Positions 1 through 10,274 of a stretch of 64,000 nt of DNA are shown piece after piece. The notes beneath the pieces were generated by a model. That model made no database searches. It saw only the letters and a list, made by a program, of their open reading frames with translations, and was not told where the DNA came from. A program made the position numbers and the translations under genes. This DNA comes from Macrostomum hystrix (Eukaryota > Animalia > Platyhelminthes). The DNA is taken from assembly GCA_950097015.1 (NCBI GenBank), contig CATNEN010000001.1, forward strand, positions 1,054,001 to 1,118,000, read 5' to 3'. How positions within the stretch are numbered: the stretch's first letter is position 1; each line of letters starts with the position of its first letter.

Positions 1-553
1 CCGCACTCAGTCTCAGTGCTGCTTGGGGGCCAGTAGACAGTCTAGGGGTTTGGGCTGTGTACATTCACGTCTTGAAATACAATGTACAGTCTGGGGCTTC
101 GGCGCCCGGGGAAGGGAGGGGGTGGCTGTAATAAAATTTGGCCCGCAGAGTGGCGGAGGGGAGTTGGGGTGGCTGTCCTCGGAAAACAAAAAGTGACTCA
201 CTTTGAGATGATGCAGCTTTGCTCTGGATTGAGTAGAGATGTTCAAAATTGACAGCATTGTTGGAAAACATGTAAAGTGTAAGTGGATCAAATTTGGAGA
301 AAATCTGACAAAGTGGGGCGACGATATGTCGAATTGAGTGATTTTTTGACGATTTTTGAGCAGTTTTTTGCACTTTTGAGCAGGAAGGAAATGATTTTTC
401 GGGAATTTGAGTAGCCTATTGCACTCAGCGTAGGTGGTTTTAGGTATGTGCAAAGTTTGGTGCGATTTGGTTGAGCGGTTTCGGCGTCTATAAAGACAAA
501 AGGTTGCACACAGACAGACAGACAGACAGAGTTTTCACTTTTATATATATAGA
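1..553 (-). mobile_element. 5' portion of a non-autonomous Helitron-like element (3' end lies beyond the window start)
   Basis: The reverse complement from 554 reads A|TCTATATATATAAAAGTGAAAACTCTGTCTGTCTGTCTGTCTGTGTG...GCCGAAACCGCTCAACCAAATCGCACCAAACTTTGCACA. A 5'-TC terminus after a host A, a TA-rich start and a (CTGT)n microsatellite are typical of non-autonomous Helitrons. The CTRR 3' end and hairpin are not visible. Confidence 0.5.
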
Positions 554-639
554 TGAGTTGTGCCAAAATCTAAAGACAATAACCGAAGTGACACAGGCAC
601 AGCAAACCAATGAATAAACAAGTAATTAAATTGCCAACC

Positions 640-746
640 ATGGCATCTTACGGAAAGAGAAATGTTCCTCAAGTTGGCCATTCAAGCAAATGCTGACAGA
701 CTAGATGGGATTCGTCCTGCCGAAAAGTTCGACAAAATAGCGCGAG
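640..746 (+). pseudogene. Possible remnant of a Myb/SANT-like ORF (may be the partner ORF of the Harbinger element)
   Basis: ATG at 640, then in a shifted frame EMFLKLAIQANADRLDGIRPAEKFDKIAR, which loosely resembles Myb/SANT-like DNA-binding domains. It is cut off by the Tc1-like fragment at 748. Confidence 0.2.
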
Positions 747-747
747 G

Positions 748-1362
748 TTGGATGAAGGTGTGAATAGGAACCTGATCTTCCTTGACGAATTTGGGTTCAA
801 CATTTGGACGGCTCGAACTCAAGGATGGGCCTCAAAAGGTCAACGTGCTGTGCGCATTGTGAATGGTCAGCGTGGAAAGAATCTGAGCCTCTGCCTTGCC
901 ATCTCGCCAGAGTGGGGGCTGGTTCACTCTGCGCTGGTTGAAGGTGGATTCCGGAATGAGCATTTTGCAGATTTTTTGGTGGAGCTCGATGTTCTGGTGG
1001 AAGCTGAGTGGACCCTGGTTTTTGATGGCGCACGAGCCCACAATGCGGTCCCCGGTCTCTCACCACAACACTCAACTTTCCAACTGCCGCCTTACTCTCC
1101 ATTTCTCAACCCTGCTGAGTGCGCCGGTTCATGCGTCAAGGCTGCAGTCAAGCGAACTCTGTCGGCTCCCAATGTGCAGCAGGAGATTGCAAATGGGCCA
1201 GCTGCGGCAAATCTGACTCTGCATGCTTGGCGAATGCTCATTCTCAAACGGGAGGTGGAGGCTGCACTGCCGGTGATTACCAGGGAGAAATGCATGCAGT
1301 GGAGCCATCACACCACTCGCTACTACGGACGGTGCTTGAACCGCGAAGACATTCTTTTCTAA
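748..1362 (+). mobile_element. 5'-truncated IS630/Tc1-mariner (DDE_3-type) transposase, DD30E
   Basis: Motifs FLDEFG, VFDGARAH and LPPYSPFLNPAE. Lacks the N-terminal HTH. Clearly homologous to the 6303-7367 ORF (NGQRG.NL..CL.ISP..GL.H; GGF.N.HFADFL.ELDVL). Confidence 0.9.
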
Positions 1363-1719
1363 TTTTGCTATAATTCATGAACTCAAGAACTTACCAATTG
1401 TTTTTATATTTTTCAATGTTGGAGCCCATGTTACATAGTCACAGAGTTACAGAGTTATTTTTTATTGGTTTGTATGCAGTTAAAAATTGGCATTGGACGA
1501 ATTATATTGCAGATTGGCTGAATTGTTCTGCGGGATAATCCAGTTGTCTATGGGGAATTCTGGCTTCCACTCAATGGGCTGGCCCTGGCTGGCTGAAAGC
1601 TTTTGCAGATAGGCTGAATTCATTTACAAAAAGCTATATTTTTTTAGTTCTTTTAGTGTTACGGATGTTTCGTTGAAGTGCATCAGATTGAAAGCTGTTG
1701 TCTACGGCACTTTGTAGAA

Positions 1720-1900
1720 GTGGTACAGGGGATGGGGCATGAAAATTTAAATATCTCGAGAATGACAGTAGATACATGACCAAACAGCTAGTCATTTTTA
1801 CGGGCAGATAATTGTCTTTGTAACCGCTGCAGTCTGAATATTTTTTTGGTCAGAACCGGCTGAAATGAAGAAAGTGCACGGACTTTTGGGACACCTCTCG
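1720..1900. mobile_element. Mariner/Tc1-like terminal fragment
   Basis: Ends GGACTTTTGGGACACCTCTCG|TA; the reverse complement TA-CGAGAGGTGTCCCAAAAG resembles mariner TIR starts with a TA target site. No partner TIR found. Confidence 0.4.
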
Positions 1901-1960
1901 TACGTTTCTCTCGTTAAACTTGTCAACTGGCACGAGCGCAATCACGATGATCCTCGTTTT

Positions 1961-2650
1961 TTACGATATATGGCAACGCAGGAGTCATACGAATCTATTG
2001 GCACAATATTCTAATTATCTAAAAGCAACTGCCTTGCTATTCGAAGAGTTTTGTCTGCTATGTCTTCCGGTGGCTTCTGTAGTGATCTAGTTCGGATCAT
2101 CTTTAGAAGAGTGCCATTAGCATGCTAGGCTATTTAGTCAAGAATCAAGGAACTTTTCATGGCTAAAAATATTTGGTGCAATCGACGCGAATGAAGTCAG
2201 GATTCGTTGTTCATCTGAAAACGGTGAAGCGTACTATAATAGAAGGCAATTTCACTCAATAAAACTGAAAGTTGTAAGTACGAGTACATCTCTTATCGTA
2301 GACTATTTCATCAGTTGGCCAGGCAGTTCTAACGATGCACGAACGTTTCAACATTCTCCGCTCCGTCATCATTTTAATGTTTTACGCCAATGGGGATCAA
2401 GACTTACTGGGGATACCGCCTACCCATGTTCCGAAATCCTGCTGAAACCGTTTAAGGAACGTAATTTTTCTCCAGGTAGAAAGAAATTTATTAAAAAGTT
2501 GAGTAAACTACGGTAGTGTGTCGAGAGGACATTTGGGATTTTATCAAGACAAGGGCAGCGAATCAACCAAATTAATACAGAAAGCCTAGATTCTGCTTGT
2601 AAAATGATTGAAGCAATATGCTGTCTACATTTTTTCTCGCTAAAGTTGAC
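1961..2650 (+). pseudogene. Degenerate PIF/Harbinger (HARBI1-like, DDE_Tnp_4) transposase
   Basis: Manual translation gives LRYMATQESYESIGTIF*, IFGAIDANEVRIRC..YYNRRQFHSIKL, FISWPGSSNDARTF, LLGDTAYPC and R*CVERTFGIL. These are the ordered Harbinger motifs (GAIDG, WPGSxxD, LLGDxAYP, VERxFG), with in-frame stops. Confidence 0.85.
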
Positions 2651-2757
2651 TTAACAACTACGAAACTCGATCGATTCACCTTCTTCATGGCTCTGACAGT
2701 GACTACCAACTACAGTCGTTACCAACGTGGCGGTGCGTGTCTGTAGGAGTTTTGTGA

Positions 2758-4054
2758 ATGCGGACGGGGCACCTAGGCACTCCAGTGCGATACCCGGTGT
2801 CAAGTCAAGTCAAGTCAAGTCAAGAAGAAAAAGATGCTGGCACATTGAGCACACCGGCCCATATGCGAACAAGGTCAGGTGCTGCTTGGGAGCGCCATTT
2901 AAAGCTGCGTCGCGAAGACCCCAAGTTGGCCATGCGTCTCCAGGCGAAGCGTCTTCTTGTGATGTTGACAGAGGCAGTGGCTGGGTTCAGTGGGATTCGG
3001 TCTCGTCGCCAAGCCGTCTATCGACTGGGTCATTCTGACAGGCAGCAATCGTACATGCCTAGCTTTATTGAGTGTGACGAAGCCACACTTCTATTTAACA
3101 GACGCAGCCGCTTCCTTGAAATGATCCGGGCCCACAGCTGGGAAGATCTGCTATCATCAGGTGACTGAGCAGTGCGCACGCGGTCCGGGATCGCAAAAGA
3201 AGCCAGCTTTAGCTTCAAACAGCGGTGCGTGCGGCGTCTGCAGGAGGAGGCGGCGTTATTCGCCAGTGTTGAAATGCCCGTCTGGCTCCTGCCATGGATG
3301 CATTTGGCGCGCAGGCATTTTGTCGACCACCGCTTTTGCAGACGTGCCTGCCACGATATGGACCAAATTTTCCGTGGCACCGACATTAAAGCGACAGCGT
3401 CAGAGCTTGACAAGTACAGCCACATCGTACTGCCAGCCGGAGAATTGCCACACAAAAGCGGCCACAAAGGCGATCCGGTCACAATGGTGCTACCGGACGA
3501 ATTCATCGACGCCTTATTGCGCCAACATGACAAGTTCATTGTGCCGGCCCTCCGAGCCAGTGGTGTCCAATCAATCGGGTTGCGCACAATCTTCCTGAAC
3601 GCCTACGGTGTCCAATTTAGCGATCACGAGATTAGTAAGCTGATAAAGGCTGACGGTTCTCGGTCGTCGTTATTCGGCAGTGGACTGGCGGCAAACCCTG
3701 GCGTCGACTGCTTTTAAGATGGCTCCTGAACGGCTTGAAGCTTTCGCCAAAGCGCATGGCGCATCTGTTCCTGTTATTAAATACAACTACAGACACAATG
3801 CTGGCCTAGCAAACCAAATCGACGCAGTAACTGGTGCCAGAGTGTTCTTGAAGCGCTTTTTGGTATCAGAGGCGACAGAAGATGGAGGCCACTCCAATGC
3901 CGACCATGCGGCTTCTTCGAGCAGAGGCGGCCGATGCGGAGGCGCCGGTCAGACTGCTGGTCGCAATGCATCCAGGCGGCGACAGGTCAAGAGACGCCTT
4001 GGAGAGCATGACCAGTCTGCCGATGGGCCAGCCAAGTCGTCGCGTCGACATTAA
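2758..4054 (+). pseudogene. Disrupted tyrosine-recombinase-like gene (Crypton- or virus-like)
   Basis: Joining ORF 2758-3168, reading through TGA 3166-3168 in frame into 3172-3645, then shifting frame near 3646 gives the ordered motifs GIRSRRQAV (R), HKSGHKG (K), IFLNAYG, SKLIK/RLTVLGRRYSAVDWRQTLAST (xxR) and AFAKAHGASVPVIKYNY (H/W...Y). Confidence 0.6.
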
Positions 4055-4420
4055 GGCATTAAGGCAGAATTATATTTCGAGAGATGTTTTAAGAATGTAA
4101 GTTGTATAAAAAGCGACTTTAAAAGTGCTACAGACTGCCAATAATTTGCTCGATTAGTTTTGTGTATTATTCTAGGTTTTGGTGGCAATACGCCCGACCA
4201 TATGGTAAATACAAAACGCAAGCGGGAATATTTAAACAGTATAAGGAGGGGGGCGTAGCGTATTAAAACAAAAGCCTTACTAAAACAAATCTGATAAATT
4301 TGGGCTATCGGAGTATTCTAGCGCAAGTTTAAATTTTATAATACGGTAATATTAAAAGCATTCAGGTCTGCCACACAGCAAAATATCGTTTAGCGTGTAT
4401 AACAGCAAGATTGCTGAATG

Positions 4421-5712
4421 GGCAATGTTGTACTTTGTTTCGCGTAATTAGTTATACTTTTGAATACGCGCCAACGTGTCACGGAGGGTTTAAGTTCGTG
4501 CTGACTTGTCATGCCGCGTCATCCAAAAAGGCCATAGACACTTTCGGCCAAGTTTTAGTGAGGTGTGAAGGCAGCAATCTCTTACGCTGCTCAAGATTTC
4601 CCAAAGAATTGCTTAAGATTTACAAAATTTTGCAAGTCATGGCCAGACGTCCAGCTGCACCATTATTTATAATCCCACCTGCTGAGGTTGTACCTACTGC
4701 CGAGCTGCTGAATCTGACGGATGGCACATTCCCTTTGCGCTACATGTAGGATGTGACTCGCGACACAGTATCAACGGTTCGTTGGCTAGCTAAGTTCCAC
4801 CTGCTGGCCAATCAAGTGACCTGTCAACGATGTGGCACGGACGTGCGACTGCAGTCAACAGCTGGCGACAAGTACGTCGACGGCTGTGCTTTGGATTGCC
4901 GCAACTGCCGAAACCAGCACTCCATCCGCCGCGGGTCCTTTTTTGACGGGTCCCACCTCGCTCTTGGCAAGATTGTGGAGCTCACGTACACGTGGAGATG
5001 AAGACCCGGGATCAGATCCGGCAGCTCGGTATGAGTGAGCACACGGTGGTTGACTGGCACCAATTTCTGCGTGACATCTGCCAGCAGTTTTTCCTTGATC
5101 ATCCGGTGGAGTTAGGTGGACCCGGGCGCGAAGTAGAGATTGACGAGTCAAAATTTATGCACAGAAAGTACCACCAAGGTGCTTGGCCCGAAGGGCATTG
5201 GGTGTTAGGCATGGTCGAACGCCACACGATCAAGTGCATGATGGTAGTTGTACCAGACAGGACTGCCCAGACAAAGGTTCCTATAATTCAGCACCACGTT
5301 CTGCCTGGAACTCGGATCCTCACGTATGGCTGGCTGACGTATGCTGGGCTCCAGAACCATGTCGTTGTCAACCACCGTCTGCACTTCGTCAACCCTCAGG
5401 ATGCGACGGTTCATACGAACACAATCGAAGGTTCGTGGGCACATGCTAAGCGCAAAATCAGATCGATTCCTCTGGCGTCGCATGTACCCTACCAACGTCT
5501 TCGGTGCAGTGCTGTATTGGACTGCCCATTACTATCCGCTGTGAGGATTTGAGTTCTGAGACTTGTTTTGAGCGACTTTAGAGGATTCAGTGACTAAGGA
5601 GCGATGTTATAGTCCTGTTAATGTTCACTTGTTTGATTGTTCATGACTTCGTGACACGTTGGCGCGTATTCAAAAGTAAAAATAATTACGCAAAACAAAC
5701 TGCAACATAGCC
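4421..5712 (+). mobile_element. Complete Merlin (IS1595/ISXO2-like) DNA transposon, inactivated
   Basis: 8-bp TSD GCTGAATG at 4413-4420 and 5713-5720. About 66-bp imperfect TIRs starting GG (4421-4486 / 5647-5712) share TACTTTTGAATACGCGCCAACGTGTCACG. Confidence 0.95.
4639..5552 (+). pseudogene. Merlin transposase pseudogene
   Basis: Zn-ribbon CQRC...CRNC, SIRRGSFF, GGPGREVEIDESKF, WVLGMVER, VNHRLHFV, HTNTIEGSW. Stop at 4747-4749, frameshift near 5000, and the second catalytic D is replaced by Y (ILTYGW). Confidence 0.9.
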
Positions 5713-6302
5713 GCTGAATGCACTTAAGAAGACAATTATCTTTTATGTGGCATAGGCTGCTGGTGCTGGATCCAAGATACGCTCGAAGCGCATTTCTCCC
5801 AAAAGCATGCGATCAAGTTAAATTAGTGCATGTCTATATGTAAGAGTATCATGCATTTCCTACTAACGATAAAATAGAACTAACTAAATTTTCTTAGCTA
5901 AGATGTTATCATACTAGTATGCCTTTTTGCAATCAATTTCGGCGCGAGCGCTAGTGTGCAGTCCAAACAACTGCACACTAGCGCTCGTGTGTGCAGTTAA
6001 GTGTTGCAGTTAAGTGTGCAGTTAAGTGTGCAGTTAAGTGTGTGCAGAACAACTGCACACTGCACACTAGCCATAGACACTGGGCAACTTTTGCGTTCAA
6101 ATTCGGCCGTTTTGCGTCCTATTTCGGCAGCACAATCACATGGGCACTGTGGGCACAGTTCGAATGTTGTATGGCAGTTCGAAATGCCATCTCACTCGAT
6201 CGCGTTCAGTGAGGGTGGGATGAAAAAATTGTCTCCGAAAGCAGGCCTATAGTCGTATCCGCAAGTCTGTTTCGGTGTTTTTACTTTCTGCTCCCGGCTA
6301 GA

Positions 6303-7367
6303 ATGCCTCCAAGAGGACAATACACGCGCGTCACGACAGTTGATCGACAGAGGCTGATCGCAGCTTACGACTTCAATGCAGACTGGCGAGCGCTCGCTCG
6401 TGTGCTGGGCTTTGCGCGCCAAACTGCGGCAAGCATTATCAAAGCCTACGCTGACCAGGGCAGAGCGGACCCTCTTCCAAAAGGCGGAGCAAAGAGGCGT
6501 CGCTTGACAGATGAGATGGTGAATGCGATCACCGAATTCCTGGAGACCCAACCTGGCGCAACACTGGCGCAGATGAGGAACCACATCCTGCAGGGATTCC
6601 CCAATCTAGTGAATGTGTCACTGTCTGCCATCAGCCGCGCACTGGATGGAAGACTCATCACTCTCAAGCTCATGAGAGGGAATCCAGTCGATTGGAATAC
6701 TCCCGTGACCAAGGAGGCCCGCCGCATGCATGCTGAGTGGATGCTGGCCGAAGGCGTCCATCGCCACACGATCTGGCTTGACGAGTTCGGTGTCAATCTG
6801 TGGACACTCCGCAGTCAGGGCTGGGCTCCACGAGGCCAGCGTGCCGTCTCGGTTTTGAATGGCCAGCGAGGGCAGAATCTAACCGTCTGCCTGGTCATCT
6901 CGCCTGTGTACGGCCTGATTCACCTGACCGCTATACAGGGAGGCTTCACCAACGCCCATTTCGCAGACTTTCTAACCGAGTTGGACGTCCTGTTAGAGGA
7001 GGAGGAATTCGTGCTCATGGTTGATGGCGCTCGTGCGCACCTGAACGTGCTAGGATTGGGTGAAGGTCATGAGTGCCGGTTTCTGCCCCCGTATTCACCA
7101 TTCCTGAATGCCGCTGAGCAGGCAGGCTCATGCCTGAAGGCAGCGCTGAAGCGCGCTCTCTCGTCGCCTGCGGTGAAGCGGGAGGCCGGCGATCAGACCG
7201 CTGCACAAGCAGCGAGCATCTCACCGCAGCAACATCGACTCCGGCTGCTACAACGCTTGGTGCGCATTGCAGCGCAGGACATTACACCGTTCAAGTGTCT
7301 GCAATGGGTGAACCACGGCCAGACGTACGTGCAGCGTTGCCTGGATGCCAAGGATATTTTGGCTTAA
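6303..7367 (+). CDS. IS630/Tc1-like transposase, 354 aa, intact ORF, DD30E
   Basis: N-terminal HTH (RQRLIAAY..WRALARVLGFARQTAASII), GG.KRRRLT linker, second HTH (PGATLAQMR...VSLSAISRAL), and catalytic WLDEFG, MVDGARAH, LPPYSPFLNAAE. Confidence 0.93.
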   Translation: MPPRGQYTRVTTVDRQRLIAAYDFNADWRALARVLGFARQTAASIIKAYADQGRADPLPKGGAKRRRLTDEMVNAITEFLETQPGATLAQMRNHILQGFPNLVNVSLSAISRALDGRLITLKLMRGNPVDWNTPVTKEARRMHAEWMLAEGVHRHTIWLDEFGVNLWTLRSQGWAPRGQRAVSVLNGQRGQNLTVCLVISPVYGLIHLTAIQGGFTNAHFADFLTELDVLLEEEEFVLMVDGARAHLNVLGLGEGHECRFLPPYSPFLNAAEQAGSCLKAALKRALSSPAVKREAGDQTAAQAASISPQQHRLRLLQRLVRIAAQDITPFKCLQWVNHGQTYVQRCLDAKDILA

Positions 7368-7424
7368 GTAAAGCGACCCAACGAAACTCTGTAGACTCTG
7401 TGGACTAAAATCTGTTTCTAATTG

Positions 7425-7573
7425 ACTGTTTAAGTCTAGTTGTTTCTTATTTGTATTGGCCTTTATTGTCTCCTATACTGTTTAAGTCTAGTTGTTTCTT
7501 ATTTGTATTGTCCTTTATTGTCTCCTACACTGTTCAAGTCTAGTTGTTTCTTATTTGTATTGTCCTTTATTGT
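7425..7573. repeat. 52-bp tandem repeat (about 2.9 copies) inside the Tc1-like element
   Basis: ACTGTTTAAGTCTAGTTGTTTCTTATTTGTATTG.. starts at 7425, 7477 and 7529. Confidence 0.9.
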
Positions 7574-10274
7574 TCATGCGTATCCATGGTTATTTTGTGG
7601 CGGCGAGGCTAGTTTCTGTAATTTCAAATGGAGAATGTCTGATGCCGTAAGCTGCCGAAATAGGACGCAAAACGGCCGAATTTGAACGCAAAAGTTGCCC
7701 CGTGTCTATGACTCAGTTGTTTAGACTGCACACTAGCGCTCGCCCCGAAATTGAACGCAAAAACGACGAAATTGATTGCAAAAAGGTATATTAATATAAC
7801 ATGAGTATATTTTTGTGATGTATATTTGCATTCATATTGAATTGCTTCCCTGGGTGAAAAAGAACCTACCATTCATTTTAATAGTGAACGTTTATTTCTT
7901 ATTATAAAACATGTTACTATATTTTGAGCAGTGGAATCGAACTCACTTGTCCAAGACTCCCGATGTTTTCGAATCTAAAGAAAGCAGCTACAATGAATGA
8001 TATTACAATGAAATTACAATCCGCCATGGCCGGCCGAGGAAAGTTATTTGCTTATCTACTAATACGAGCTACAACTACTACATTTACTGAACATTTACTG
8101 AGTGGTAGATTTTCGCTTCGCAATTTGACAAAAATCTGGTTACACTTCGGCCTGTCGCGACTCGCGACTCTGCTTTGCTTCTGTTCATATCCTAAGTTTA
8201 TATTGCAAAATAGTTTTCAGGCCTGTTTACAAGCTTCACTCGGCCATAGACTAATCCCAATCCATTTACCAGTCACTTGGCCATAGACTAGTGTTGGAGG
8301 CTGGCTAAACTTTTTCACACAGACTATTACGTTTTTCTGTGCCTTCGCACTCAGCAGTGAGTGGGGGTTATTATCGATTGCTTTCGTCCACCCCACCGAA
8401 GTGGGGTGTCTAGTTTTTTAACCCCTCCTTCCTTTCCTTTTAATTTTGACCCTCAACCCAAGGCCCCCCAGCCAGTTAACAGCACCCTAATAATTTTAGC
8501 ACTCCTTCCCTTTCAATGGCTCTTATCTATAGCACTTAAATTCGTTTATTGATCGATAATAAGTCTTGGCTAGTGTGCATGTGTAGTTTATGCTGGCAAA
8601 AAATTAAGTTAGCGATTTAGCACGTACACAAACTCCCTATCAATAACTTATGACTTTTGAATGAGTATTCAATGATTTAAGCCTTCAACACTGCAATGAA
8701 CAGTTGCAAACGAATTTTGTGATGATTAGAAAATGTGTCTGTTTTTTGCGCGACTTTTAGAGCTGAAAAATGCTTCTAAAATAAAATAAAGAGATGGCAA
8801 CTAAACTCAAGATCATCCCACACATTTTTATCGAAATCCCGCACTTTCTGTTCGAAATCTTTCACTCTCTATTCGCAATCCCACTAGTGTACTTTGCCTT
8901 TCACCAAGACTGTTTTCACATAAAAAGTCTCACTATTACCGATGTTTGCAAAGTGGTCTCACAATCAAATACGTTTTGTAAAAATTATTTTTGCGGCATC
9001 GTTTTTATTCCATTGTATACTACTTAGAATTGTGAAAAGCGAGGTAAACTCTCTTTTTTGTTTCGTTTTGACAAAAAGTGTGGTTCGAACAACATAGAAA
9101 AAAAATTTTTCTAAACATATTGGCTTTTCCTTCTTTAGCTCTTAAAACATTTATTCTCATTTTTGTTTTTGGGATTTGTATTTTTGTTGACGTCTTCTGC
9201 ATGCCAAAAATTGTTCCTAGAGAACTTGTTCATTCTCTTCATAATCATGTAATTCATGCGCTCAATAAGGTTACGATATTAGAAGTCTTATTAAACCTAA
9301 CCAAAATTTCGGGAAAAAACCATTCCTTATACTGAAAGTAAGTTTTGAACTTTTACAGCTTATTAGCTTCAAAATAACTACTTCCGATTCGGCAAATTAT
9401 ATTTTATATCCAACTGTCTAACAGGTCTTCGAATAACAGTTGGACTCGACTCGAGGTATACGAGTGTAAATTTGGTGTATAAAGACTTTTGCCTACATTT
9501 TCTGCTCTACGTCACGTGCTGGTTTAGCATGTGAATTATCGTAGAATAAAATGAAGTACTATATAAAAAAATAAAAAGTTCGTCTGTTTTTCCTGCCAGT
9601 ATCAATCACACTGTAATATGGTTCTTCGTTGGCAATATAGACGGTGGAAATCGTCTGCACGCCCAACTTGTTTAATTAATGTTAAAAAATTCTGTTGCCT
9701 AACGTTGCCTTACGTTGCCTACCACGCTAATTGATTTTCAAGTGGGAAATTTCACACTGACCGGTTAAAAGTAGATGCTCCTGACACTTAAAATCCGGCA
9801 TGTGTTTCGGATTATATGACTAACATCCTCTGTGGATTCGAGCGGGACTATAGAAGATGGAAATTCCATTCGGATTAAAACTTAAAATTCTATATCGCAT
9901 TTATTGTTGTAAGAAAACTTTCCTACGTTTTATAAGAAAAAAATCGCATAACGATGGTCTACAGAAGGAAGAAAAGCCAAGCAATATTTTTCTCCCCTTT
10001 TTGCGGCTTGTTGGGATAAACGCATCCCAACTCCTGCCAAATGTCTTCGGCGGATTAGGATTTATAGCCTTTTATGCCTAAAAAGCCACTGCTTTGGCAC
10101 TGACTTCGGTCATGGAGTAAGGCTAATTATATCTTAAATGATATTTCACTCTTTGCGGCTTGCAGAGCCTGAAAATCTAGATGCTTTTTCTGCCAATCAG
10201 TGTACATATGATTGATAAATAAGAAATAACTGGGGTAGAACGCTGGGTCAGGGAGAAAGTGTGGGCAGAAAAAT

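Larger units (their letters stand above)
5920..7788 (+). mobile_element. Apparently full-length IS630/Tc1-mariner element with long imperfect TIRs
   Basis: Left end TA|TGCCTTTTTGCAATCAATTTC...GCGAGCGCTAGTGTGCAGT...CATAGACAC.GGGCAACTTTTGCGTTCAAATTCGGCCGTTTTGCGTCCTATTTCGGCAGC (to about 6131) mirrors 7651-7788 ending GCAAAAAGGTA|TA. The exact termini are uncertain by about 10 bp. Confidence 0.85.

Noticed and set aside
748-7367. Bacterial contamination or recent horizontal transfer of IS630/IS1595 elements
   Set aside because: These superfamilies have established eukaryotic members (Tc1/mariner, Merlin), and the block is contiguous with intron-containing metazoan genes.
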